Source: the human T2T-CHM13v2.0 reference genome, Homo sapiens. From it: DNA of 64,000 nt. A program made the translations under genes and the position numbers. The DNA lies in NCBI RefSeq assembly GCF_009914755.1, contig NC_060935.1, one strand, 5' to 3'. Under the pieces are notes generated by a model, which worked only from the letters and a program-made list of their open reading frames with translations, was not told the DNA's origin and searched no databases. Each line of letters begins with the position of its first letter. Position 1 is the first letter of the stretch. Of this stretch, positions 44,100 to 64,000 are shown piece by piece.

Positions 44100-44599
44100 A
44101 AACAAGAACATTCTCTTACATAACACTCCAACTGTTAAGATTTTACATTTGCTTGTGTTATCTTCTCATTCTCTCTGTGTATATAAATTTTCTGAAACAC
44201 TTTTAAAAAACTGTTTGAGAGTAAACCGCCAATCTGCAGACCTTTAGCCCTAAATACTTCAGCAGTGTGAATTTCCTAAAAACAAGGACATTCTCTTATA
44301 TAACCACAGTACAATTATTAAATCTGGGAATTAACATCAACATCATACCATCATTGAATCTATAGGTTTTATTCTTGTCAATTATCCCAATAATGTCCTT
44401 TACTGCCAGTTATTCCAATGTCCTTTATAGCAAATTAAATACTTCTTTAGAAAGAAACTTTCTCAATTATTTGGTTATCCTGAGGTACTTAGAACAAGGA
44501 GGGAGGGAGTGACGGAGGGAGGGAGAGGAAAGGAGGATAAATGCTCGAGTCAGTCTCTGGCATCTTCCAAAGGGGACCAATGAGTTTTCTCCTTAAGTA

Positions 44600-44647
<48 letters not shown>

Positions 44648-44960
44648 GACTCGTGGATTTAAACATGTTTTATAGTAATTACTGATTTTCAAGTTTTCCT
44701 ACAGTTTGACCAGTAGAGCTTCTTTGAGTTGGCTCTCCTGAATCTGACATAACCTCAATGGTCTTTAATAACTTCTTTGATTTATGGTATGACATGTTCC
44801 AGCCCCACTGTTTACATTTTCTGGCCCAGATGCCTAATTTGTCACTTCTTCAAGTAGCCCTGGTTCCTTTGGAAAGAAACCGTATTTACATGTGGTAATG
44901 TGGGCTCATTCCTCCTGGTTTAAATCTTTTCAGTAGACAGAGCTAGAAAATATTAAAAAT
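44100..44960 (-). mobile_element. Old L1MC/MD-type 3' end fragments
   Basis: ccctaaatacttcagc..tttcctaaaaacaaggacattctcttatataaccacagtac. Confidence 0.6.
44599..44647. repeat. (ATT)n microsatellite
   Basis: About 16 units. Confidence 0.95.
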
Positions 44961-44992
44961 TTTCAAATGCTAAAAAATGTAATGAATTCATG

Positions 44993-45111
44993 CATATATA
45001 TATACATATATACACATATATATACATATATACATATATATACACATATACATACATATATACATATATATACACACACATATATACATATATATACACA
45101 TATATATACAT

Positions 45112-45144
<33 letters not shown>
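44993..45144. repeat. (TA)n/(CA)n compound repeat forming the tail of a minus-strand AluY (45145-45441)
   Basis: About 150 bp of alternating purine-pyrimidine abutting the poly(T). Confidence 0.92.
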
Positions 45145-45145
<1 letters not shown>

Positions 45146-45191
45146 TTTTTTTTTGAGACGGAGTCTTGCTCTGTCGCCCAGACTGGAGTGA

Positions 45192-45323
<132 letters not shown>

Positions 45324-46099
45324 TAGCAGAGACGGGGTTTCACCGTGTTAGCCAGGATGGTCTCGATCTCCGGACCTCGTGATCCACCCGCCTTGGCCTC
45401 CCAAAGTGCTGGGATTACGGGCGTGAGCCACCGCGCCCGGCCCCCATGCTTATATTTTTTATATTTAACTTTATTAATCTTATATCTGTATTTCCATCTC
45501 CCGTGTCCAAAATGCCAGTTCTCAGACAATCATTAAGCAAAGTATTCATTTATTTTATGCAGAATACAGACAATCATTTTGAAATAACAATATCCAACAT
45601 CATCACCAACATGTTTACTAAAAACAGTTAAGATCTAGCCGGGTGTGGTGGCTCACACCTGTAATCCCAGCACTTTGGGAGGCCAAGGCGGGTGGATCAT
45701 TTGAGGTCAGAGTTCAAGACCAGCCTGGCCAACATGATAAAACCCCATCTCTACTAAAAATATGAAAATTAGCTGGGTGTGGCGGTGCATCCCTGTAGTC
45801 CCAGCTACTCAGGAGGCTGAAGCAGGAGAATCACTTAAACCCAGGAAGTGGGGGTTGCAGTGAGCCGAGGTTGTGCTATTGCACTCCAGCCTGGGCAACA
45901 GAGAGAGACTCAGTCTTGAAAAAAAAAAAGTTAATTTTTTTTTTTTTTTGAGACAAGGTCTTGCTCTGTTGCACATATAAGTGCGGTGGCAGGATTGTAG
46001 CTCACTGTAACCTCGAACTCCTGACCTCAAATGATCCTTCTGCCTCAGCTTCCTTTGGGAATAGAGGTGTAAGTCACCATGCCTAGCCCATTTTCTTTA

Positions 46100-46476
46100 A
46101 ACTTATAATTTATCTTTCCTTTTTGGCCCTGATTTATAGTTTAACGGCTATACAGGTCCCAGTCCCTCATTTTGGCCACTCATGGGCCCACTAATTGGGA
46201 CTCAAAGGCTTTCTGCTCAAAGGCATAGATGCAGAGGAGCACACTTCCACTAGGCATGCATTTACCACCTGGTATCTCTGAAGCAGTGGCTTCCCTTCAA
46301 ACTCTGCGGGCACCACCAGGACTTGAAAGATGGACATACAGCACGGTGGTATGAGGGCTGTATCCTCTACCTCTACCATGCTCTGCCTCTAGGTCCTGCT
46401 GAAGCTTCTCCTGGAAGTACTTGATGCTGAGCTCCACAGCAGCAGTCCAGCTGGGATGGCAGCCCAGTAGGGTCCT
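46100..46476 (-). pseudogene. BOLA2: Processed pseudogene of BOLA2 (bolA family member 2)
   Basis: Frames give VELSIKYFQEKLQQDLEAEH and VEVEDT..FQVLVVPAEFEGKPLLQRYQVVNACL, matching BOLA2 (MELSAEYLREKLQRDLEAEHVEVEDT..FRVLVVSAKFEGKPLLQRHRLVNACL). Intronless; ATG>GTG at 46435-46437; frameshifts; internal TAG; TGA at 46167-46169; A-rich tail. The symbol refers to the parent gene. Confidence 0.88.
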
Positions 46477-46499
46477 CATTTTGCTTTAGGTAATGTGTA

Positions 46500-47768
<1,269 letters not shown>

Positions 47769-47771
47769 TAA

Positions 47772-47978
<207 letters not shown>

Positions 47979-49153
47979 TGACCTCTCCCTCCTGGGATCA
48001 AGTGATTCTCATGTCTCAGCCACCCAAGTAGCTGGGATTACAGGCATGTGCCACTTCACCTGGCTAATTTTTATATTTTTAGTAGAGACAGGGTTTCGCT
48101 ATGTTGGCCAGGCTGGTCTCGAACTCCTGGCATCAAGTGATCTGCCTGCCTCGGATTGCCAAAGTGCTGGGAGGTGTGAGCCACCACGCTGGCCAGATTT
48201 TTCTTTTACTATTATTAATATAAATAGGGTCATCTTGTTCATCTTATCTTATAACTTCAGAGGTGAGAGGGGCATTCTGTCTTGAACCTACTGTAGTGAG
48301 ATTTTCAACCCCACCACTTCAGTGTGACTACTTGTCAACAACATTAATAACCTCCAAACTTCTAAATCCAATGGTTAATTCTCAGTCTTCATTTGGTTTG
48401 ATCTTACAGAGCATTTGGCATAGTTAATAACTGTCTTCTCCTTAAAACATTTATTTTCATTTGGCTTTCAGGGCTGGGTGTGGTGGCTCACGCCTGTAAT
48501 CCCAGCACTTTGGGAGACCAAGGCAGGTGGATCACGAGGTCAGGAGATCAAGACCATCCTGGCTAACACGGTGAAACCCCGTCTCTACTAAAAACACAAA
48601 AAATTAGCCGGGCATGCTGGCGGGTGCCTAGTCCCAGCTACTCAGGAGGCTGAGGCAGGAGAATGGCGTGAACCCGGGAGGGGGAGCTTGCAGTGAGCCA
48701 AGATTGCGCCACTGCACTCCAGGCTGGGAGACAGCGAGACTCCGTCTCAAAAAAAAAAAAAAAGAAAATACTGTGTGCATTTAAATCTTCTGAATCATAG
48801 TCAATCTAATAGGAGAATATGCTCTCTATGTATTCAAACTTATCAATCATTCCCTTTATGGCTTCAGGATTTCATGTCATGCTTATAAAAGCCCAAAATA
48901 TAAAGATGCTTTAAAAAATTAAGTCTTTTACCCATTTGAAAATCATTTTAGTGGAACGAACAAGCTGTAATTCTTTTAAATGTGAACAGTTGAGAGATGA
49001 TAGTCTGGCAAAGATTACCAAGAAAGATGGTAATTTCAACGCAACTGACAAATGTTACCTTAAAGAAAAATTATTATAAATATAATATCAGATAGGGCTT
49101 GTTGGCTCATGCCTGCAATCCCAACACTTTGGGAAGCCGAGGCGGGTGGATCA

Positions 49154-49372
<219 letters not shown>

Positions 49373-49375
49373 TCA

Positions 49376-49409
<34 letters not shown>

Positions 49410-49683
49410 TATACACACACATATAATTTGACAAGTTTCTACCATTTGTGCACACAACTGAAATATTAAGCAATAAAAAAATCCTTATAAGCATCCTCCT
49501 CAGATAACTCTGGCTATAAAGGGAAACAATTCAGATATACAATTTTTCTATTTAAAAATGAAGAGGCCGGGCGCGGTGACTCACGCCTGTAATCCCAGCA
49601 CTTTGGAAGGCCAAGGCAGGCGGATCACAAGGTCAGGAGTTTGAGACCAGCCTGGCCAACATAGTGAAACCTCGTCTCTACTA

Positions 49684-49938
<255 letters not shown>

Positions 49939-49955
49939 TCAGGAGTTCAAGATCA

Positions 49956-50177
<222 letters not shown>

Positions 50178-50282
50178 CTAGAGTGAGGATAAATAAAATA
50201 GTGAAAATTTCCTTCATAGCAGTTCATGTCCAAAACATATTTTTATAAAGAAAAGATGCAATCACTTTGAATTTACTTTTAA

Positions 50283-50626
<344 letters not shown>

Positions 50627-51404
50627 TGAGGTGCCATGTGCAGAAATGGGCTTCATATCTCCACAAGTCTTTTAACACTGGCTTTCTTTGCAACACTTGA
50701 ATTAATATCACAAGTTCATTACCCGAATTTCAATATCCATCTCATGAATAAACAAATAAATAGTAAAAGCTCTTACTATTAAGTAGTATGGTCAAAACTA
50801 TTTAAAGCAGAAAGAATATGCAGTAAATCGCTTAAGAATGCTGAAAGCAAATATTCAAGCCATGGGTCCTACAGTGAATGTTAATATATTTTGCATCCTG
50901 TGACTTGAATATCGCTTTGCTCATTTGACTAAGGTATCACAATCAAGCTATTCAGTGCAACTACACAGTCTGGCTCAGCCACACAATTAAAAACCAACAA
51001 CCAAAAAACAAAAATCCACACCACTGAATTATAATGAATGTTTTATAAGAAGACTACTAAGAAAAGAGTGTGCATTTAATCATTATGAACAATTTTTAAA
51101 GATAAGGTTTTTCCAAAATGGCTTGCTCTTTAACAAAACACTTTTCATACTTATGAGATCTAAAAAAAGCAAAATATTTACTGGCTTCATGTCTAAACAA
51201 ACTTGCACAAGAGTTATTTACACATGGGCTTAAACAAAATAAAATTCATTTCCCTTAAGGACTGGGTGTTTAATATTTACATTTATATTTGAGGTTCCCA
51301 TGCTAAAGAAAAGCAGGGGAGGACGTAAACTTAAGGATTAAGCATGTCTCCTTTCAAAACAATTTCTCAGTGAACAAAAATAAAAGGCTGCATCACAGAA
51401 ATCA

Positions 51405-51704
<300 letters not shown>

Positions 51705-52581
51705 TTACAACTGTCAGCAATTTAAACAAATTACAAGAATAAAATCTTCAAGGTTCCTTTTAGAGTAGTTTAAAAATTTTTTGAACATGATCAAATGAGT
51801 ACAATGTAGTATTTAATTGAAAAAAAAACAACTTTTTGAAATATAAGGACAGCTATGGCAGATAATATGGTGTCACATTGCCACAATGCTTTTTTGATCA
51901 CTTACACATACCAAACATGACAAAGAAAGCATTTTCCAAAGTATGTCAGCCAGTAAGTCCCAACACATCCAGAAAATCTGTAAAGCCTTTCAATAGCTTT
52001 CAACACCACTGTTTGCACTGCTTCCTCAGTTTGTGATCACTTTAACCTAAAGTTTATTTGTTTAATGCATCAGAAACACTTGTAACAAAATTTATCTTTT
52101 CTAGTGTTGGATTCTAAGTAGAGTACTTCAACACTTCTTACAGCAGCTAAAGAAAACAACGTACTAATATTTGAATCACATTTGTGGATTTAAAAAAAAA
52201 TACACCAGGTTTCACTTGCTGTGGTTAAAGTAAGCACAAACATTTTAAAGCTACAAAACGTGTCAATGCACAATATGAACATACCTCTTTTTTTTAAACA
52301 AACAGCAACCCAAAGTAAAGGTGCAAAGGAAGAAAGACTGCATATAGCACCTATCTCAAAAAAAGTCCTTGAATGCAATCTTCTAATTTTGCCAGCACAA
52401 TTATTCGTTATTAGATAACAATTCCTAATTGAGGAGATATGCAAGAATGCATAGTAACAGTATTACTAGTCCAAATGAATAGTTCCTTTGTCTATTTAAG
52501 ATTTTTTTTAGCCCAAGATACTACATCTGTGTAGTGTGGTACACATTTTTTAAAAATTTAAAAAGAAAGCCCCAGATACTG

Positions 52582-52990
<409 letters not shown>

Positions 52991-53567
52991 TGGTTTTCCT
53001 ATAAGTTATGAACCACTACATGTAATAATGTTTAATATTGCCTAATATATGTCATAAACCAATTTACAAAGGCAATTTCAATCAGAAAGCATTTTCTTGT
53101 CAGTCACCAATGCTTCATGGAAAATTTACAATCACTTAAAAGGCCACAGGCATTATTCAATCTTTAGAAAAAAGAAAAAGACTACTAGTTGTTTCACCTC
53201 CTATTTAAAATTTTTTTCTTGGAGAGAAATGAAAGTGTAATTTGTTAGCAACAAAGTAAATAAATCAGTCACAGAACCAAAATATGATTCAAATAAAAAA
53301 GATTAATAGAAAACTGTACATTATGTTTTCTCTGTCTTCCTCTACAGAGAGAGAATGGCTGGAAGGGGAAAGCAGAGAAAAGCTGGCTAGCAGAAGCTTG
53401 TAATAGCCTCAATAGAAAGCTTGGAGGATTTGGAAAACCTGGCAAGAGACTTAAATGCAGATCATTTTATTTTAGAGAAATCTGAGATCAAGGAAACATT
53501 CCTCCAACTATAATTATGGTATGGTTTACGAATAACAGGATACTAAGAAACCCTTGAAGAGGATTCA

Positions 53568-53903
<336 letters not shown>

Positions 53904-53949
53904 CTAACAACAAAATCAGTCAAACAAGCAAGAAAAATAAGAAAGGTCA

Positions 53950-54189
<240 letters not shown>

Positions 54190-54749
54190 TCATGCAAGAG
54201 GTTGCAGGGAGTGAGGAATGAAAATAACACAAAACTCCTTTTTCAAAAGGGAGAAATATTAAAAATTTGCATACTCCAAACATAAATGACTGGAAAATGC
54301 CACTGGGAAAAATTTCACAGAATCAGAAATATGGCTTCCCTTTTTCCCTACCTAAAACCTGTTTGAATCCCTATGCCTTTCAAGTGGCAAAAAGTAGACT
54401 GTTGATGGTTAAATAGAGAAAAAAACAAAACAAAACAAAAAAACCTAAGGTAAATGTCAATGAGCAGCCTAAGCTATCAGAGTAAAGGAATTAATGCTTC
54501 TTTGAAAGCTTCTCTCAAGCTAAAATGTGTCTCTTTCCTATTGGGTCTAGAATACTTTCAAACCTGTTTTTTAACTACCGTGCTTGTATTTCTCCCATAC
54601 ATTTTCCCCAGAACATGCGAGTGTGTGCGCGCACGCATGCACGCGTGTGTGTGTATAATGTAACAAAAAGGAGGAAGATCTTTTTGCAGCCCTACATAAA
54701 AATGTCTTTACGTACTATCCATATCTATATTACAGGAAGAGAAGCCTGA

Positions 54750-55119
<370 letters not shown>

Positions 55120-55286
55120 TGACATGCTATATATCAAAACATAAAAGAGAATATTCAGGAAAAAAAAAACACCTAAGAAATAACACTGGAAATTAAATAA
55201 TGTTTTTGGGTGCAGGTCTCAAAGTACTGCATTTAAGATATTCACTGTTTAGGTGACAAGTATCTCTTCAAGGGGTAGTGGGCTAG

Positions 55287-55672
<386 letters not shown>

Positions 55673-56032
55673 TAACTTCTTTTTTGTCAATCACTTTGAT
55701 ACGCATCCTATCCTGACAAAAAAAATCTTGAAGTTCACAAATTGAAATCTTTTTGAATGCCTCAAGGGTGGCATTTAGAAGGTCTTTAGCAGGTTTAATT
55801 TCTTCATAAAAATTCTCCTTTAATTCTCTGTAAAGCTCTTTGTTTTCATTTTTCCAAATCAAGATGACTGCCAAGTACTACTCACTCGGTAATAAGAGTT
55901 TTTCTCAACAACTGTAAACTATCTTTGGTAACTTTGCTAAGTACTTCTTATGGTGACAATCATTGATAACTTTGATTGCAGTTTTCTAACCTGGAATGTT
56001 GCAGAAAATTGCACACTGAAAATATTACTCAC

Positions 56033-56086
56033 TGTTCGATCCTCCAAGTACATAGTTTTTGATAAAAAGTCAATGCCAATTGTTGC
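56033..56086 (-). CDS. RAB6A: RAB6A exon 3 (54 nt, ATIGIDFLSKTMYLEDRT; switch I/effector region)
   Basis: Acceptor ttttacag|GCA ACA ATT GGC, donor CGA ACA|gtgagt; phase 0 at both ends. Confidence 0.97.
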
Positions 56087-57122
56087 CTGTAAAACAAAAC
56101 AAAGAAGTTAACAAATAATAAGTTTAATGGTGGCCAGCAGTTTAGGATTCAAATGGGATTCATGATTGTGGAAGAAATAATGAATAAACAAATCAATACA
56201 ACATAGTCAATTAAGGACAATTAAGGACAAACAAAATTTCCAGTGATAATGATTTTCATGTATTCAGCACTTGCTTCATATCAGAGATTGTTTTAAGCCT
56301 TTTACATGATCATCTCTAATCTTTATACATTCCTGCCAGGTAGCTTATTCTCATCCCTACTTTTCTCATTTTACAAATAACAAGACAATGGCAACTTTGG
56401 TTTAAATATTTGTATTTGAACTTTAGTTTGAGTATCTGATTGTTCTCCACTCAGAATGGTAAGTATCTGCCCCAAGAGCAGTTTTATAAAATACTGTTGA
56501 TATATTGTCAACTGTCCTAATGCCATAGACAGCCAGAGACTCACAAACATCATAACTTTCCATAAGAGACATGATTTTTCCAATATAAAATAAAAGTCAT
56601 TAGGTAAGGAAAACAAGTTTTCCTCTGTACCACACAATGATAGCTTCCTTCTGTGGTGAAAACAAATGTAAAGTTCTATTGCCTGGCTGCTGTTTTCCCT
56701 ATCAAGAGAAAATGGTGAAATAATAAGAGAATAGAAAGAAGGCAGACTACAAAAAAGAAAGGAAAAAAAGTATACAAGTTAAAAAACAGTCCAGTATTAA
56801 TTAGGGGAGATAAATAAAAAGAATGGAAGAAAGACAGACTCCAGAAAGAGGATGTTGATATGGACTCTATTTTAGAAGTTTTACCACCTCATTAATGTTT
56901 GTGTGCACATATACTATGTATATATGTGCGTGTACATACATACTTTTTCCCTAAATATCTTTGTGCCATATTCCTTAAAACAGAAACTGAGTCTGTGCAT
57001 TTTAAAATATGAGTCACTAAGAATTTTAAGTTCCTAAAAAACAATCAAAAACTAGATCAGAAAAGTGGTCCATCAGTTGGGGATTTTATTTCTGTTAGCA
57101 GAAAAATAGAATTTTGTGTGTG

Positions 57123-57365
57123 TCATAGTTGAGTTCTCACGAGATCTGATGGTTTTATAAAAGGATTTCCCCTCTCTTTGCTCTGTGCTTCTCCTTGTTG
57201 CTGCCATGTGAAGAAGGACATGTTTGCTTCCCCTTCTGCCATGATTGTAAGTTTCCTGAGGCCTCCCCAGCCATGCAGAACTTGAGTCTATTAAACCTCT
57301 TTCCTTTATAAATTACCCAGTCTTGGGTTATCTCTTTATTAGCAGCATGAGAACAAACTAATACA
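57123..57365 (+). mobile_element. Partial THE1/MSTA-type MaLR LTR
   Basis: tctcacgagatctgatggttttata..ccatgattgtaagtttcctgaggcctccccagccatg..actaataca end. Confidence 0.85.
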
Positions 57366-57482
57366 TGTGTGTCCTTTAATTTCTCCCAGCAGTGTTTTGT
57401 ATAGTCTTATGCTGTTTGTTAAATTTGTTCCTAAGTATTTTATTCTTTTCTGATGCTTCCGTAAATAAAATTCAAATATATA

Positions 57483-57537
<55 letters not shown>

Positions 57538-58424
57538 GGAGACAGTCTCACACTCTTGCCCAAGCTGGTATATAGGGGTGTGATTTTGTCTCAGTGCAGC
57601 CTCAACCTCCTGGCTCAAGCAATCCTCTCGAGTAGCTGGGACTATAGGTGCATGCCACCATGCCCCACTAATTTCTGTATTTTTTTATAGAGACAGGGTT
57701 TTGCCATGTTGTCCAGGCTAGTCTGGAACCCCTAGGTTCAAGAGATCTTCCCCACTTGGCCTTCCAACACGCTGGGACTATAGGCATGACACCCTGCCTA
57801 AAGATAATATCTTTATATGAAAAATCAATGCAATGTTGATAAGTCTTTACATGTTTTTACATATATTCAAGAATGAAAGCTACAGTAAATTACATAAATT
57901 GATTATCTACTAAGTGCCGATTTATACACATTGCCCCATTTAGTTCTCATTTATTCGTTCATCGATTATTTATTTATTTATTTATTTAGAGACAGAGTCT
58001 CGCTCAGTCGCCCAGGCTGGAGTGCAGTGGCGTGATCTCGGCTCACCGCAATTTCTGCCTCCTGGGTTCAAGCAATTTTAGTGCCTCAGCCTCTCAAGTA
58101 GCTGGGATTACAGGCATTCACCACCAAGCCCAGCTACTTTTTGTATTTTTAGTAGAGATGGGGTTTTGTCATGTTGGACAGGCTGGTCTCGAACTCCTGG
58201 CCTCAAGTGATTCCCCCCGACCTCGGCCTCCCAAAGTGCCAGGATTATAGGCATGAGCCAATGTGCCCAGCTTGCTCATCAAATATTTATTAAGCACGTA
58301 CTTGCAAGTACTGTGTAAGGTACTAGAGTGATGAACAAACATGCAGTTAGTCTCTACCCAAATTGGACGGAACACATTTAAAAATCATGTACACCTGTCC
58401 ACATTCATCAGGAATATTTATTGA

Positions 58425-58838
<414 letters not shown>

Positions 58839-59857
58839 TGAGAATCCTGTGGTAAAAGAATAAAAAGCAGACAAGAATCTATGCCCTTGCAAAGGTTACA
58901 GTCTGCTAAGACAAACAATAAGCTAATTAAGTAAAATAGTATGTTAGAGAGTAGTATGAGAGAAAAAAACCAGGAAAAGGACAATAAAAGATATTATGGT
59001 ACGATGTCAATATTTTTAGATAAGATACTCAATAAAGGCTAAGAAAATGACTCTCACCACTCCTACCCACATATCTATATACTGTAAACCAGTACCCTGC
59101 ATTTCAATATATAAGATTTTTTTTAGTTACATAAATAAAACACCACAAACTTTATGTATGTCAATTCCTGTACAGCAAATATTTCTAACAAATAGGTTTT
59201 TAAAGAAAAAATTGAACTGTTTCTCAAATTCCATATAAACGCTTATGCATTTCTCATTCACTTTGCCTTAATATGGGATTACTGCATATAGGCTGCAGAA
59301 AGTTCACACTCAAGAACAGCTATGTAAAGCATGTAAAACAACAGCAATTCAAAAGGTGACTCCAAAAGCAAAGAAAAAGATATCCCACTGAACACTTCAT
59401 TTTCTCTTCCATGACAAAAACATTCACTTGAGAATATATTAGTTCGAACATCAAAGTACATTTGTTGATATACATAGGCAACATCACAAACTGACTAAAA
59501 GTAAATTTTATAGTATATAAGTCAAGAACAGTACTCTCTTCCTTCTCTGAAAATAGCAAATTGTGACTTACAAATTATGCAGCTAGGTAGTACTATAAAG
59601 GCCACAATCATTATCATGCTAAGATCATGTTTTCCTAAATGCATTTCGTTTTTTTTTTTTTTTTTTTGAGACGGAGTCTCGCTCTGTCACCCAGGCTGGA
59701 GTGCAGTGGCTCAATCTCAGCTCACCGCAACCTCCGCCTCCCGGGGTTCACGCCATTCTCCTGCCTCAGCCTCCTGAATAGCTGGGACTACAGGCGCCCG
59801 ACACCAGGCCCGGCTAATTTTTTGTATTTTTAGTAGAGACGGGGTTTCACCGTGTTA

Positions 59858-59965
<108 letters not shown>

Positions 59966-60571
59966 TTACAGCACTTTTGACTAGATTAATAAATTATTTG
60001 ATTAACTGTTAAATGTCCAACTTCTCCCCACTAGAAGTTCCATGAGAGTAAGGTTGGTTGATTTGTTCACTGCAGTATGCTATATACCCAGGATGCAGAA
60101 TAGTGCCTGATATATAACAAAAACTCCAGGAAATAAAGAATAATGAAGATGTTGAGAATGACAAATGCCAGAGAAGATAAGCTTTAGCACAGTTAGGGAT
60201 TGGCTTTTGATAGGAGGAGGGCATTTACTGCAGTATACTGGAATGAAAGAGGATTAGTACAAATACTGTTACATGTACTTAGATGATGTGGTAAGAAAAA
60301 TAAATAAGGGCATTCCTGCCTTATACTTTCCATTTCTCTAAGAAGCAAGGTCTTCAAAGTAAGGGTCAAAGAAGAGTGGTAAAAGTGGTAAAGTTAGCTT
60401 TTGAGGAGTACAGAGTTAGTATGAAATAGTTACTCCAAAAAGTGCTTGGTAAACTGATAACCTAGTTGACACTAGCAACATTAATGTATTCAAGAACCAA
60501 TGAGGAGAAATGAGATGACTGGGTTCATAACACGAATTTTGTCAAGCATATGTGATTGAACCAAAGAGAAG

Positions 60572-60933
60572 TGTATTAGTCTGTTTTGGCGCTGCCGATA
60601 AAGACATGCCCGAGACTGGGTAATTTATAAAGAAAAGGAGGTTTAATGGACTTGCAGTTCCACATGGCTGGGGAGGCCTCACAATCATAGTGGAAGGCGA
60701 AAGGTACTTCTTACATGGAGGCAACAACAGAGAATCAGAAGCAAGCGAAAAGGGTTTCCCTTTATGAAACCATCAGATCTCGTAAGACTTATTCATTACC
60801 ACGAGAACAGTATGTGGGAAACCACCCCCAATGATTCAATTATCTTCCACTGGATCTCTCCCACAACATGTGGGAATTGTGGGAGTTACAATTCAAGATG
60901 AGATTTGGGTGGGGACATAGCCAAACCATATCA
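60572..60933 (-). mobile_element. THE1-type solo LTR, full length
   Basis: tgtattagtc...ccaaaccatatca, ~360 bp, near-perfect 5-bp TSD agaag / agagg. Confidence 0.9.
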
Positions 60934-61034
60934 AGAGGCTAGAAAGTTAAAGAATTTCCCATGGAGTCTAAGCTAAAAAAGGAGAAAGGTAAGACAGAAG
61001 ACACAGGACCAGATGTTTAAAAACAACATGGAAG

Positions 61035-62612
<1,578 letters not shown>

Positions 62613-63349
62613 GAACTTTTTTTTCCCCCAAAAAAGAATGGAGTCACCATCCATAGGGATTATGATTCTCACTTTACAGATGTGAAAATATGGATTCTGA
62701 AAAATTTAATAATTGATCCAAACCCATCCAACTACTAAATGGTAGAACTAAGACATAAATAAAGGTGCTTCCAACTCTAAGGCTCATTACATAGCTTTCC
62801 TAAAAAAGAAATGCCCATGTTTTTGTTTTTCAGGAAGATTCAATTCAGAAGCCATATTCCTGAAATAAATACTTCAAATGTGGAAAAATACATACTAAGA
62901 GGATTTAGATTTTAAGATTACCCTAAAAAGGTTTCTGAAAAATAAAAATGGTTTAATAATCAAGACAGCAGCAGTTAATGAGTGACAGCCTTAATCAGAT
63001 TAACATTTGCTATATTACAAAGACAAAGCAATTGAAATCAAGTTTTTTTCTTTAATCTATAGAATGACAAATGAAATCAAGTTTTTATGCTAACTACAAT
63101 ACATATAAAATGGATAAGTAAATTAAGAGTAACTTGTTTTCTTTTTTTAACTTAAAATTTTTTTAATTCATTTAACAAGGCAGTTTAAATCTATGCTCCC
63201 CAATTGTTTCACAAAAACATTTCATAACTGAAAAGTAGTGGTAATAAAAAAAATTTTAAAGAGTTAACATGGTAAAGATTTACAGTGTGCTTAGTGTCTC
63301 AAAGTACTTGCTCTTAAGATTACTAATTTATTCCTTTTAGTTTGTTCTT

Positions 63350-63780
63350 TGATTTTTGGTATTGAAACTGTGTAGGTTGTGAGGGCAGACATCCTTACTT
63401 GTTCCTGATCTTAGAAAGCGTTCAGCCTTTCACATTAAGTATATAAGATGTGGCATTTTTATGGATGCTCATTACCATTTTGAAGTTTCCTTCTATTCCT
63501 AGCTTGTTGTTGTATGTTTTTATCATGAAACGCTGCTGGATTTTGTCAAATGCTTTTTATGTGTACATTCAAATGATCATGTGATTTTGTCCTTTATTTT
63601 ATTCAAATAATGTATTATGTTTATTGCTTTTTGTATATTCCACTTGTTAAATGACACATAGGTCAGGTGTGGTGGCTCATGCCTGTAATCCCAGCACTTT
63701 GGAAAGCCGAGGTGAAAGGGTTGCTTGGGCCCAGGAGTTCAATACCAGCCTGGGCAACATAGCAAATCTGTCTTTGTTTA

Positions 63781-63829
<49 letters not shown>

Positions 63830-64000
63830 GAAATAAAAATAATAGTGTATATCTTTTTTAACATGTTGCTGGATTCAGTTTGGTTGTATTTTGTTGACAA
63901 TTTTTGTGTCTATATTCATAGGGGATATTGGTCTGTAGTTTAATTTTGATATCTCTGTCTGGGTTGAATATTAGAGTAACTGACCTCACAGAATGAGGTG
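63350..64000 (-). mobile_element. Old L1 ORF2 fragment with inserted Alu monomer (63661-63780) and (AAT)n tail (63781-63827)
   Basis: gagggcagacatccttactttgttcctgatcttag..gaagtttccttctattcctag..ggggatattggtctgtagttt. Confidence 0.8.

Overview
Primate DNA, most consistent with human, and very Alu-dense. It carries the 3' part of RAB6A (Golgi Rab GTPase) on the minus strand: exon 3 (56033-56086), two 106-nt mutually exclusive exon-4 copies (Rab6A' 53970-54075; Rab6A 53798-53903) only 66 nt apart, exons 5-7, and the last exon with the CSC prenylation motif and a ~2.2-kb repeat-free 3' UTR. Exons 1-2 were not found and should lie beyond the right edge. The last intron has U12 (minor spliceosome) signatures. 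The introns hold a decayed BOLA2 processed pseudogene and a ~770-bp retrocopy of an unidentified mRNA 3' UTR, inserted into an Alu with a perfect target-site duplication. The rest is roughly 90-100 Alu copies or fragments plus MaLR/THE1/MER4-group LTRs, hAT and Tigger DNA transposons, L1/L2/MIR fragments and microsatellites. I see no wholly new gene system. The best leads are RNA-processing ones: the U12 intron gating the prenylation exon, the mutual-exclusion mechanism, circRNA-prone inverted Alus around stop-free in-frame exons, and retrocopy-donated intronic poly(A) signals. Exon boundaries were read to the base. Repeat boundaries and subfamilies are approximate, by eye.
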